From Octopus sinensis (lineage: Eukaryota), in the NCBI RefSeq assembly GCF_006345805.1, contig NC_043016.1, forward strand, positions 8,742,001-8,806,000: a stretch of 64,000 nucleotides of DNA. The letters are read 5' to 3'. This document shows positions 1 to 12,830 of this stretch, piece by piece; the first letter of the stretch is position 1; each line of letters opens with the position of its first letter. Below the pieces are notes generated by a model that had not been told where the DNA came from, ran no database searches, and saw only the letters and a program-made list of their open reading frames with translations. The position numbers were made by a program, and so were the translations under genes.

Positions 1-19
1 AAATAGATAAAACGAAAAG

Positions 20-37
20 ACAAACAGATAGATAGAT

Positions 38-90
<53 letters not shown>

Positions 91-155
91 CAGACGGACA
101 GATAGATAGATGGATAGACAGACAGATAGATGGACAGACAGACAGACAGACAGAC

Positions 156-226
<71 letters not shown>

Positions 227-262
227 CAGACAGATAGATAGATAGATAGACAGACAGATAGA

Positions 263-294
<32 letters not shown>

Positions 295-551
295 TAGATA
301 GATAGGCAGATAGATAGATAGATAGATGAACAGACAGATAGATAGATAGATGTATGGATAGATAGATAGATAGATAGATGGATAGATAGATAGATAGATA
401 GACAGATACATAGATAGATAGATAGACAGACAGATAGATAGATAGATGGACAGACAGATAGATAGATAGATAGATGGATAGATAGATAGATAGATAGACA
501 GATACATAGATAGATAGATAGACAGACAGATAGATAGATAGATGGACAGAC

Positions 552-609
<58 letters not shown>

Positions 610-669
610 ATAGACAGATAGACAGACAGACAGACAGATAGATAGATGATAGATAGAGGATAGATAGAC

Positions 670-743
<74 letters not shown>

Positions 744-780
744 ACAAAAAAGACGGATAGATGGACATAGAGATAGATAG
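20..780. repeat. (GATA)n/(GACA)n compound microsatellite, intronic to the minus-strand gene
   Basis: Direct inspection: ~760 bp of GATA/GACA units. Confidence 0.97.
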
Positions 781-877
781 ACGATACACAATCAGAGAGA
801 AATAGATAAGATAAAATTGAAAACAGATAAATAAAGAGCACATTTCTATATTTCCTCTTTTCCTTCTCATTTCTTAC

Positions 878-1118
878 CTGGACAGTCGTATTCTTTAAAG
901 TCCTCTAGTTTCTTCTTAGAAGACGCCGTGGACTGGTGTTTAGAGCCGGTAGGGTTCGATGGTACTCCGTTTACAAATATTCCATTAGGTGAAGGGTTTT
1001 GGTTTTGGGACCTTTTGCTGACACTATCGTTATTATCACCACTATTTACGTACCTATTATCATTATTATTATTATTGTTATGATTATGATTGTTATTGTG
1101 ATGTTTATTATTATTATT

Positions 1119-1153
<35 letters not shown>

Positions 1154-1328
1154 TACTACTACTACTACTACTGTGACTGTTCGTGTTTGTCTCGGACAAT
1201 GTCGAAGAATGCAAGTTGGAGTATTTCTCTGCTTGTATGAAGAAATTTATTAGGTTTGTGGTCGAAAGTGACAAAACAATGAGCAGCACCCAAATCCTAG
1301 TGTGTGTTCCCATTTCAGCTGTAGACAT
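878..1328 (-). CDS. Probable first coding exon of a secreted or membrane protein (signal-peptide-like N-terminus, poly-Ser/poly-Asn); gene continues beyond the left edge
   Basis: ATG at 1328 (second Met at 1313) gives MSTAEMGTHTRIWVLLIVLSLSTTNLINFFIQA...SSSS-NNNN...KKKLEDFKEYDCP. Ends at a consensus donor CAG|GTAAG (intron starts 877, phase 1; 451 nt). Family not identifiable from this exon. Confidence 0.75.
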
Positions 1329-1429
1329 CGCACTATGGGAAACGATAGAGGCGGCGATGGTTGCCGAATAGAAAAGGAGAGGAGGAGAAAGAGGAAATGG
1401 AAAAAGGAGGAGGGTTACCGCAGTAAATT

Positions 1430-1495
1430 GTAGCAGTAGTAGTAGCAACAACAGTAATAGCAATAGTAGTGGTAGTGGTGGTGGTGGTGGTGGTA

Positions 1496-1552
<57 letters not shown>

Positions 1553-1950
1553 AACGGGAGGGTATGTAGTGGTGGTAGGAATAGCGGTAATGTTGTTGGT
1601 AGTGGTGGTGGTGGTGTATTGATGGTGGTGGTGGTGGTGGTGGTGGAGGCGACAAAATCGGTAGTAGTAGTAGTAGTAGTAGTAATGGTGGTGAAGGGGG
1701 AAGAGTGGGAGTATGTCGTGATGATGGTAGTTGCGATCGTAGTAGTAGTAGTAGTAGTAGTTGTGAATGAGGGGGGAGTATGGCAGTGGTAGTGGTAGTG
1801 GTGGTGGTGGTGGTGGTGGTTGCGTTGGTGAAGAAGGTGATGGTAGTAGTGGTAGGGTGGGGGAAGCGGAAGTGTACAGTGGTAGTAATAGTTGTATTGG
1901 AAGTAATTACGGTAAAAGTAGTAGTAGTAGTAATAGTAGTAATAGTAGTG
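1430..1950. repeat. (GTA)n/(GTG)n/(GA)n repeats upstream of the exon (probable 5' UTR)
   Basis: Direct inspection; they explain the poly-V/T/L/P ORFs. Confidence 0.9.
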
Positions 1951-4664
1951 TATTGGCGATTAAGTGTTGATGTTAGTTGTGGGTGGTCATCACAATATAG
2001 TGCGGATCTTGTCATAACGAAGGAAGATATTTCGAAAAGAAGAAAGCTGTCTTTAAACAATATATCACAAAGCACGCTCACACGTACACATGCATATATA
2101 ATTGTGTGTGTGCGTTTAACCAGGATATATTACCAACACCCACCCACATACATACACGTGTGTATGTCGTATATATATATATGTGTGTGTGTGTGTGTTT
2201 AAATCAGGAACTATTGCATAAAACTGTTTTTTATTCAATTGTTGAACGAACTATATCGTTTCCCCCCCACCCCCAATCAGTTTGGTATTGTTAATTCTGG
2301 GTTTTCTCACCCCAGCTAGGTTCGTGAGACTGTCAAACCGCTGGTTGAGAACAAGGAAATTCCAAAAATTGTCTAAGGAGATGCTACATATGACGAGTTA
2401 AATCTGTGGCATTTTGGTGTTTTGGTTTAGTTCTCTATCACTTCCTCTATTTCAAGCAGTCGTCCCCCCCTCTCTCTTTCTTTCTTTCTTTCTCCTTTTT
2501 TTTTCTTTTTCTCCCTTTTCTTCACTTTTTCTTTCTTTCGTTCCTTGTGGGTGCCGGTAACACAAGACAGAAATTATGACAGTGAAGCAAAATTATAAGC
2601 GTTGAGACTGGAAAAAATTCACCACATATAAGAGACGAGGTGGGAATCGAACCAAGAAAATGGGACCTGCACAACAGCGCTGACCGTGCAAAAAAAAAAT
2701 AATAATAACAGTTGCCAATAGTCCTTACATTAAGTGTTTAAGAAAAGGACGTGTTATGTAATGTAGTCTTTGATATTAAGAAAATCGGAATGGTCACAGC
2801 TGGAATTCCTTTATTCAAAGGTCTGCTCGATCGGGGTTGACTTGGGACTAAACTAAAAGTTATTCTTTGTAGTGATGCTGGTGGTGATGATGATGGCAGT
2901 TTTGTTTTTTGTTGTTGTTGTTTTTTTTCTGTAGAAAAAGCAACGTGTCAACTTAGCAACGTGTCGACTAAGCAATTATCAATACAAAATATCTTAACAC
3001 GCTTGTGTGTATATTTAAAAGTGTGTTACTGTCGTTTAACCTATATCAGTCCTGATCGAGTGGACCTTCGATCAAGGGCATTCAGTCGTGACTACCCCTC
3101 TAGTGGTAGATGTGGTGGTGGTGGTGGTGGTGGTCTTTTTTTTTCCCCCCCAATCTACAGGGTACACTCGACATAATATTCTCCAACGTGTCATTTTCTA
3201 AGGCAGTGACGGAAGGCGTTCTGAGGTAGATTTAGCTGCTATTACTTGCGTAGATATTCTCTCACTGGCTTGTAAGTTCCAATTCAGGTGAGTCGTGATG
3301 TGCTAAACTATGTGCCCAAACCAATCTTAATGAATTTAAATTTTGCTTCTTATGTATGTACAAGCATAATTTAAATAGTTTTGAAAGATAGAATCTAAGT
3401 TTCTTATAGACATACAAACGAAGCTGTCATTATTCAGCCCCTAGTGAGTCATAACTGAAAAGAAAGATCGATAGGTCAAACGGCCGTTAGCCCCATTTTT
3501 TTTTTTTTTCTTGTTTGCTTTTCGATATCAGAGACAAGATGATTCACCGTACCTTATTACGTTAGTATCTTATGTTGGTTATTGTATTATGTAATGGTCA
3601 TATGCGACTTAACTCGGTTACTGTGAACAATAAACCTGCCTTTCCTACTAACATATAAAAATATATTATTCTAAATTATAATATAATACAGTGTAATACC
3701 AGCCTTGATTTATAATCTAATATAATTCGATGTGTGATGAGAGTCAAGAGTGAATAAATATATAATTTTTAAATTTTTATGTGTTACTTAGAACCGTCAT
3801 TTTTCCTTCCGTAATAATATAAGCAGCAGTAATAGCATTGTAGTCTCCACCTGTTGTTTATTTCACAGCACTATAGCGAATGCCATGCACCAGATCATAC
3901 CGCTAAAATGATGTTAGGTGAGGTTCACAAATACACGTTTGTGTGCGCGTGTGTATACATGCACGCGGGCGCATGTGTGTATACAGAAAGAGAGATACAC
4001 TTATACATTAATGTATCATATGCATATATATATTTCTTTATTGCCCACAAGGGGACAAACAAGGACAGACAAACGGATTAAGTCGATTACATCGACCCCA
4101 GTGCGTAATTGGTACTTAATTTATCGACCCCGAAAGGATGAAAGGCAAAGTCGACCTCGACGGAATTTGAACTCACAACGTAACGGCAGACGTGCATATA
4201 GACGCAAACGTGGCTGTATGATAAGAAGCATGCTTCCCAAACACATGGTCCCCGGTTCGGTCCCACTGTATGGTACCTCAGGCAAGTTTCCTATAGTCTC
4301 GGGCCAAACGAAGCCTTTTAAGTTGATTTGGTTGACGGAAACTGAGAGAAGCCTGTCGTGTGTGTGTGTCTGTTTGTCCTCCACCACGGCTTGACAATTA
4401 GTGTTGGCGTGTTTACGTCCCCTTAACTTAACGGTTCGGCAAAATAAACTGATTAAGTACCAGGCTTATAATATATTATATATATATATAAGTTCAGCAA
4501 AATTTAGATTCAAATGAATATGGTACTTCAGTCAGAGGCACCAGAATTTTGTATAGTATTATCCATATAAATCCATAGCATGAAACGATCGTACCAAATT
4601 ACCAAAGATGTACTTGTTGCTTATTTTGATTATATATATATATATCATCATCATCATCATCATC

Positions 4665-4700
<36 letters not shown>

Positions 4701-4702
4701 GT

Positions 4703-4866
4703 GCAGGAGTGCCTATGTGGTAAGTAGCTTGCTTACTAACCACATACTTCCAGGTTCGGTCCCACTGCATAGCACCTTGGGCAAGTGCTTTCTACTATAG
4801 CCACAGGCCAACCAAAGCCTTGTGAATGGATTTAGTAGACAGAAACTGAAAGAAGCCTGTTGTATG

Positions 4867-4912
<46 letters not shown>

Positions 4913-5132
4913 TGTATGTGTGTGTGTTTGTATGTCTGTGCTTGTGCACCCCACTAAACATCGCTTGACAACTGATGCTGGTGCGTTTACATCCCCATAA
5001 CTTAGCAGTTCAGCAAAAGGGGCCAATAGAAAAAGTACCAGGCTTATAAACAATAAGTCTTGAGGTCAATTTGCTCGACTAAAGGCAGTGCTCCAGCATG
5101 GCCACAGTCTAATGACTGAAAAGAGTAAAAGA
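4703..5132 (+). mobile_element. tRNA-derived CORE-like SINE ('family B'). Related copies at ~4210-4465, 8522-8850, 16915-17183, 22940-23085, 44620-44820, 58860-59250 (+) and ~17810-17990, 38840-39270, 44130-44490 (-)
   Basis: A-box-like TGGCTGTGTGG, B-box-like GGTTCRGTCCC, CORE-like ACCTTGGGCAAGTG, internal (TA)n(TG)n and a shared tail ...TGACTGAAACAAGTAAAAGAG. Confidence 0.85.
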
Positions 5133-5919
5133 GGATATGTATATATGCAATGAAGGTAATATTCACAGGAGATTGTAAAATGAATGACACTTCTTGCATA
5201 CCAATGGCACTCATTGACAACAGTCATGAGATGACAAGCCAAGGAGACAGTAACACATGCATACACACACACACACACACATATATATTATCATCATCAT
5301 TACATGTCTATCTTCCAAGCTGGCATTGGTTTGGTGGATCAACAGATCTGTGGACAACATTTTATTCAGTATCTCTGTTTTGGTTTGGTTTCAATGGCTG
5401 GATGCCTTCTTTCATAATATCAACCACTTAAGTGCGTGTACTAATTCCTTTTTTTATATATATATATATATTTTCTTGGCACCAGCACTAGTGAGGTCAC
5501 CATGTAACTGACAAGACTAAAGAAGCTTTTCGACCAAATTAGAGAATCATTGAGAAGGAGACGCTTGTGTATGAAAAATGGGACAGGAATAGATTGGTTA
5601 TAGGAGAAGAGATACGTGGCTATTTGTATAATATAAGGACAAAGATAATTGGGGTAGAAGTGGAAAGAGAGATAAAAATGAGGCTGACAAATTGTAAGAA
5701 CACACCTCCACAGGAAGAGAGTACGAATGAAGGACAAGTATAACAAATATGTGGTTCAAGAAAGAGGGAGAGAAAGGGATGATGATGTCTAATTCTGCTC
5801 TCACTTAATTTCTGCATCAGCATAATGTAATAGTTATAAGAGTGGTGGAGGATGAGAAGATGAGGAAAGGGCAGCAGCCGAAGGCTTGACAGACACATAA
5901 GGTGTGACAGGTTCAATTG

Positions 5920-6195
5920 TATGCATAGATATTATGCTTCCAGAACCTCACTTTCTCAACAATAACATAGACAAAGAGGTTCTTCTCAAATGTGCATATC
6001 ACCAATCAACTCATTTATTGTCCCCCTCCATGAGGCTAAATTTCCTAAGATTGGTACTCATCATTTCATACCACATCTTTTTGGTCTTCTTCCACTACTT
6101 CCATCCACTGTGAATAATAAGCACTTCTTTATATAGGCTATTTTCACCACATGCCCATACAAATACAGTTTCCTCTTTTACATACTACATCTGAT
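5920..6195 (-). mobile_element. Decayed RTE-clade LINE C-terminal fragment
   Basis: Minus strand resembles the ..GHV...GR.RPKK.W..L end seen at 46250-46460. Confidence 0.5.
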
Positions 6196-6441
6196 CGTTG
6201 CCAGAGCAGCCAACTGGCTTCTGTGCCGGTGACACGTAAAAGGGTACCATTTGAGCGTGATTGTTACCAAAGTCGCCTTACTGGCACCTGTGCTGGTGGC
6301 ATGTGTAAAAAGATTTGAGCAAGGTCATTGCCAGTACCGCCTGACTGGCATGTAAAAACCACCCACTACACTCTCGGAGTGGTTGGCATTAGGAAGGGCA
6401 TCCAGCTGTAGAAACTCTGCCAGATCAAGATATATATATAT

Positions 6442-6990
6442 GAAGCTCCCCAAAGGTCAATCACAAAAAAGATAGATGGCATGTCAGACCTTGACTACTG
6501 GGGTAGACTAGAGAAGCTGAAATTGTATTCACTCCAACGACGCCGTGAACGCTACATTATCTGTATGATGTGGAAAATATTCCATCAGCACTGTCCGAAT
6601 GATGTGTGGCATATCCCTCAAAATGCATTCAAGGCTTGGACCACGTGCCATCCGTCCACAACAAAAATCTAAATCGCATCACATAACAACAATACGGCAC
6701 AATTATTTCACCTCAATTGGACCCGCTCTCTTCAACATTACACCAGGACACGTCAAAAAAAAAAAGAAACACCACACAAAATTCAAGAAGTCTTTGGACA
6801 AATTCCTTCAAACAGTACCGGACAAACCACCCACACCCGGATATGTCTCCGCAAACAATAACTCTCTGCTCGAATGGGCCTTGGTGCCCAAATCCTGAAC
6901 TGAAAGACTTCGCCAGGTGGTGCTATTAAGTTAGACATGGCCTGGGCCAATACTGGCCAAAACCTTTCTAAGTTATTCTAAGTTAAGTTA
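6442..6990 (+). mobile_element. CR1-like LINE 3' end; second copy inverted at 48017-48362; related piece at ~15630-15900
   Basis: DYWGRLEKLKLYSLQRRRERY...FTSIGPALFNITP...FKKSLDKFLQTVPDKP, followed by a (CTAAGTTA)-type tail. Confidence 0.85.
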
Positions 6991-7012
6991 TATATATGTA
7001 TGTATGTATGTA

Positions 7013-7044
<32 letters not shown>

Positions 7045-7047
<3 letters not shown>

Positions 7048-7440
7048 TATATAAAATCCGTTCTTTCTGTCTGTGTGTCTTCTCGGATCTTGGGCATCCT
7101 CCATCCAATTGCGCTCAAATTTGATGTGAAGATACCGATGGTATCAGGGCGTGTATAAGTCTTGAAAAAATTACAAAAATCGATTCCAGGTAAGAATGCG
7201 ATCGATAAAGCTGTTTTTGTCCTGCTTTTCTTCCATCAACCTGAACATAACTGCACCTTCCATTTTTTGTTGTTTTTGTACTGCTTAAAGGCACGTTTCT
7301 TTCCTGCCAAGCTTGTTGTTTAAACCATGTTTGTGTTCTCCCAGTCAACAGCCTTATCATTACTGGTACTTTAAACTCTTCAGTTGCATATTTGTGTGAA
7401 TAAAATCGTTTTACTTTGAATAGAAAAAATGTCTATCTTT
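7045..7440 (+). mobile_element. Non-autonomous Helitron-like 5' fragment
   Basis: A|TC-TTATATAAAA start followed by (TCTG)-type repeats, as in the complete Helitrons at 12117 and 50483; no 3' hairpin found. Confidence 0.5.
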
Positions 7441-7591
7441 ATTTCTTCTTTTGCTGGTGTCTAAAATTTAGGTTAAATCAGTGTTTCTCAAAGGGGAGGC
7501 CTATGGGACGATCGGACAAGTTTTGAGAAAATTTGGTTTAAATGTTTGACAACTCAGCACCGTCCATTGGAAAGGGGGGGGGGCGTTTGCT

Positions 7592-7656
<65 letters not shown>

Positions 7657-8851
7657 TATATATGTATATATATATATATAGTATATAATATATGTTATAA
7701 TATTGTGCTTTCATATATCTTATTTATATTCTTAAATCTCATATATTTTTACTTTTCTTTTTTTGTGTATTTATGTAAGGAGCTCCTTAGCCATAATGAG
7801 AGCAACCCATCTAGAAGGAAAACTCTGATATAAAATCAGGTTTGTAGTTGTTGACAGTCTCCTTAGTTGATGTGCACTATCAGCATCTACTTACCCATAG
7901 GGCTCTGTAGCTTTTGAGCAACTAGACCATAGGTGGGCTTTGAGAGGGTCCAAGTGGATGCTGGTGCCTAAGGGGATGGTAGAGAAAAAGGAGGCGTTGG
8001 GAGGAAGGCAGTGAACTGGAGGGCGCTATGAATTTATTATAATATTATTATAGTATTTTATACAAATTATATAATATTATATTAAATATCAAATGATTCA
8101 TAGTATATATAAATTAGTAAAATATAAAATATTTATTTATACATAAAAATAGGGGTGGGGACGCTGAGGGTATTTTCTGGTTATGAGGGTGGGCAGTGGC
8201 CCAAAAAGTTTGAGAACCTCTGAACTAGACTAAGAGAAGGCCACTCTGATCGCAAACCTGCGATTGCTTTAGCATCTGACACATGGCACACTGTGCACCA
8301 GTACAGGTAAATGAACTTTTGATGGAGAGAGTGTGCATTGTGCTGCACAAGCAATGACCACTATAAGCAAAACCTATGAGCAAGTTGTTCAGTCAAATAC
8401 TTTCAACAAATACCACCATCATGAGTTGATGGAGTGGTTTAGCAAATAGAAAACATAAAAAAACCTTTTTGTTGCATCTTGGAATGTGAGAACCCTTCAG
8501 TAAAAGCAAAAATAAAAAAATGGCCTTCTACTATAGCCTCGGGCCGACCAAAGCCTTGTAAGTGGATTTGGTAGTTGGAAACTGAAAGAAGCCCGTCGTA
8601 TATATGTATATATATATATATGTATGTGTGTGCGTATGTTTGCGTGTCTGTGTTTGTCCCCCCAACATCGCTTGACAACCGATGCTGATGTGTTTACGTC
8701 CCCGTAACTTAGCGGTTCGGTAAAAGGAGCCCGATAGTATAAGTACTAGGCTTACAATGAATAAGTCCTGGGGTCGAGTTGCTCGACTAAAGGCGGTGCT
8801 CCAGCATGGCCACAGTCAAATGACTGAAACAAGTAAAAGAGTAAAGAGTAT

Positions 8852-11800
8852 AGAACACAGGACTGCTTTGGTTGCCTGTGTCCTGAAAGAAAAAATATTG
8901 GAATTGCAGCTCTTTCAGAAACCAGATTAGTGGACTGTGGTCAGCTACAAGAAGTTGATGGTGGATAGATTTTTTTTCTGGATGGGTAAGCCTCAGGATG
9001 TAAAGAAAGAGACAGGTGTTGGGGTTTTATTCAGAATGATTTAGTGAAACATGTTGAATCTCTGCCTGTTGGCATTAGTGAAAGACTCATATTATTGTGT
9101 ATCTGCATTGGCAAAAATAAATATTCAACTATTTTCAGCTGCTATGCTCCAACCATGAACTCAAATGAAGCAATCAAAGAGCAGTTCTACTCTGAGCTAT
9201 GTAGCCAGTTGAGAGGTGTCTCCACTTCTCATTGGTGATTCCAGTGCATGCATATGTTGGGTATATATTCATATGGGGTGATGTAATAGAGAAGCATGGG
9301 GTTGGCAAAGCAAACTCAAATGGTCATTTGCTGCTATTGCTTTGCAGTAAGTATGGACTTTTGATTACCAATATTATTTTCCAACTCCCAAGCTACCTCA
9401 AAACTACCTGGAAGCATCCCCAATCAACTCATTATCACCTTATTGATTACATAATTGTGGGGTCTTTCATAACAGAAGATGTCCAAGTAACACATTCTTT
9501 CTCCATTGGGGAGTGTTGGTCTGACCGTAGACTGATATGGTCAAAGGAGAATTTTACTATCCACAGTCCTATTCATAGCAATCCACAATTGACCAATTCA
9601 GAAAGTGGATGAGACAAAGTTGAGGAACAATGACAATTTAACCTCACTTCAAACAACCTGTAGCAACAAAATTGCTGGCATCTCAGGCAACATAGATATT
9701 GAATTAGTGTGGTCTGCTTTTAAAAATGCTGCATTTGAGTCATCTTGTGAAACACTTGGGTATGTCAAGAGGAACCACCAAGATTGGTTTGATTCAAATG
9801 ATCCAAACATCTTTCCTCTTTTGGGCAATATTCACATGTGCCACTGTCAATGGATGTCAAATAAAAATAATGCCACAAAATGCAATGAGTTTAAAAAGGT
9901 CAGAAATACATGTCAGTCTCAACTGAAGCAAATGAAACAGATATGGTGGCAAAGGCAGGCACAAGAGTTGCAGGATGCTGTGGACAGATGTGATTCCAGG
10001 TCAATCTACCAGAATTTAAAGGGTACTTTTGGACCTGTGTCTGGTAGCTCAACTCCCATACATTCAACTGAAGGTAATCAAGATAGATGAAAAGGAAATC
10101 ATGAAGTGCTGAGCAGAGGACTTTTCAAATGTTCTGAATATGGATTCAATTGTTGATAAAGAACTGATACCACAAAGCCCTGTCCTTGAAAAACTGTCTT
10201 GTTGCTCCATCAAATCCTGAAATAAAAAAAAGGCTTTAAAACAGCTCATAGATGGAAAGTTGTCTGAAAATGATGGCATACCAGCTGAGATATATAAATG
10301 TGCTGAACAAGTTATGTGAACTCTTCTCCTTAATCTGGGAATCAGGATCAGTCTTACAGGAGTTTAAAGACACTTCTATTGTCAATCTTTATAAGCACAA
10401 AGGCAACAAATGTAAATGTGACAAACATAGAGGTATCTCCCTTTTGTATGTTGTCAGGAAGATCCTTGGAAGTGTTATCTTAAACAGACTAACTGATGCC
10501 CTTGACAGCTTGGTGTTGCCTGAATCTCAGTGTGGATTTTGGGATGGTGGAGGCACAATGGATATAATTTTTAGCCTAACACAGCTGCAGGAAAAGGCTT
10601 GTGAGCACAATCAAGACCTTTTTGTCACTTTTGTAAATCTAACTAAAGCTTTCAACACTGTATCTAGGGATGCTCTTTGGGTTTTCCTTAGAAAGCTAGG
10701 TGTTCCCAAAAAGTTGCTCAATGTTATCGTTTCTTTCCATCAAGCGATGATGGCTTTTGTCAGATCTAGCAGGGAAGTATTTCATTCATTCACAGTTGTT
10801 TCAATTGGGACAAAACAAAGCTGTGTTCTTGCACAGCTCTTCTTTGCTTTGTATTTGTCTATCATGTTGGAAACAGCATTCAAAGGTGTTAAAGAAGGAG
10901 TAAAGTTCAAGTACAGAACTGGTAGTGGCTTGTTCAGCCAACAGCACTTCAAAGCAAAAACAAAGACTTTAGTGCACACAGTTTGAGATTTGCCTTTTGC
11001 AGATGATTGTGCGCCAATAGCACACACTCTTGAGGACATGCAACAAATTCTAAGCAACTTCTCACATGCATTGAATGCTTTTGGTCTGACCATCAGCACC
11101 AAGAAAACTGAGCTTGTCCATCAGCCCTTTAGTGACCATCTTCCCACTGTTGCCTCTACTGTATATGTTGATGGGAAAGCATTAAAACCTGTTTCCTCCT
11201 TCACTTATCGTGGTTCCATTGTGTCCAATGGTGTGAAGATGGATAAAGAAACTGAATTCAGAATTGGGAAGGTTAGTTCCACTTTTGATAAGCTTTATCA
11301 CAGGCTTTGAAAGATCCACGATGTATCATTGAAGGAGAAAGTCAATGTATATATAAGTCAGTGGTCTTGACAGCATTGTTTTATGGTGCTGAATCTTGGA
11401 CTCAACCAGCTTGAGGCTTTTCATATGTGATGCTTGCATATTATCTCCACATAAAACCGAGTGACCATATTCGTAACAGTGCGGTATTAACAAAATGCAA
11501 CAAATCAGGTGTTGAAGCTATCCTCATCAAAATACTGCTTAGATCGTTAAGTCATCTTTTACATATGAGTGATATCAGAATTCCAAAGCAACTTCTCTTT
11601 GACCAATTCCCAATGGGAAAGTCAGCTGGACAAACTAAAAGACAATATGAAGTGATACAAATTCCCTTTTCTTCCTGGAAAAACAAAGCATCAGAATGCA
11701 GGACGCAGTACCAGTCCTACTTCTCCTTAGTTCAAAGATTTGAACAAAGTTGACACTAATGTCGGAGTGAACTTTGTGCAATTACGAAGGAACGCTGGAA

Positions 11801-12015
11801 AAATGACGCTCCTCTAAATGGAAACCTTACTTATCATTGTGATTTCGTGACACAAAGCAAGGCAGGCCTTGCTGTCCACTTAAGTGAAGGAGGAAACATA
11901 TTAAATGATCCACAAGCACTCAAATAAACTGAGTCCTCAACTTGTTCCATTTGCCAAAAAGGTTTGCAAGGCACCAGCAGGCCTCAAGAGACACATTCGT
12001 GTCCATAGAATATGA
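8852..12015 (+). mobile_element. Near full-length decayed RTE (BovB-like) LINE: APE endonuclease, reverse transcriptase and C-terminal C2H2 finger remnants
   Basis: IAALSETRL, SCYAPT, TWKHP..HLIDYI (endonuclease); HRGISLL, LPESQCGF, QLQEKACE, FVNLTKAFNTV, FADD (RT); HCDFVTQSKAGLAVHL and CSIC..AGLKRHIRVH. Many stops and frameshifts. Confidence 0.93.
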
Positions 12016-12116
12016 TTAACGATTTATTTTACTGAACCCTCATTTGTTGTTCAAAACAAGAGAATTTATCATTTACATGAAGTTAAATATGTCCCACTGT
12101 GGGCACACTGGTTATA

Positions 12117-12514
12117 TCTTTATATATAAAAGTGAGGTTGTGTGCTGTCTGTCTCCTACGATTTAGATTCCTAACTACTCCCACATTTTGCAGTGCAGTT
12201 TAACTAAAACCGGGTATCTTATAGTCGTGATTCATATCAAGCCCTTCTGGGTATTAGCACGCGTCTACGATGAGTCTACGATTTAAAAAAAAATTTACCA
12301 TCAATTTTTCCCATTTTAATGCATTTTGGCATATATAAGGGAAGTAACTCTCTAAAAATTTATTATTAAATCTCAGAACGTAAAAAGCTACAGTAACACC
12401 CCCCCCCCCTTTGTGGTTAGCCATATTGAGATGGCTATTATACTTTACATCTCTAAAAATGCTTATATAGTTATTTCCCTTACAAACCCGAGCAACGCCG
12501 GGCGATACTGCTAG
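12117..12514 (+). mobile_element. Non-autonomous Helitron; sister copy at 50483-50995
   Basis: A|TC...CTAG|T insertion with subterminal hairpin CCCGAGCAACGCCGGG; same ends at 50483-50995. Confidence 0.88.
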
Positions 12515-12830
12515 TATATATATAAATTAGAGAAAAACCACTATTATGCAATTCAAACAATGATAGACATAAACCAAATCATAAAGAAAAAATAAAATAT
12601 ATTATAAAATATATAACTAGATCACAAAAAGTATAAAAATGAATAATCAATATATAATAAGTAATATATAATAAACAATATATAAGTACTTATATATTGT
12701 TTATTCATTTTTTGTACTTTTTGTGATCTAGTTATATGTTTTATAATATATTTCTTGTTTCTTTATGATTTGGTTTGTGTCTATCATTGTTTGAATTACA
12801 TAATAGTGATTTTTCTCTAATTTATATATA
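12515..12830. repeat. ~315-bp near-perfect AT-rich palindrome (fold-back of a repeat also seen once at ~53470-53720)
   Basis: TATAAATTAGAGAAAAACCACTATTATG... mirrored by ...CATAATAGTGATTTTTCTCTAATTTATA; centre AAGTACTT at 12684-12691. Confidence 0.9.

Noticed and set aside
1329-2081. 404-aa ORF extension upstream of the ATG
   Set aside because: Non-ATG start; the frame stays open only because of trinucleotide repeats (poly-T/L/P/H). Treated as UTR.
7479-8222. Single hAT element with CAGTG...CTCTG ends
   Set aside because: Ends are hAT-like but the flanking 8-mers do not match, so boundaries are unsupported.
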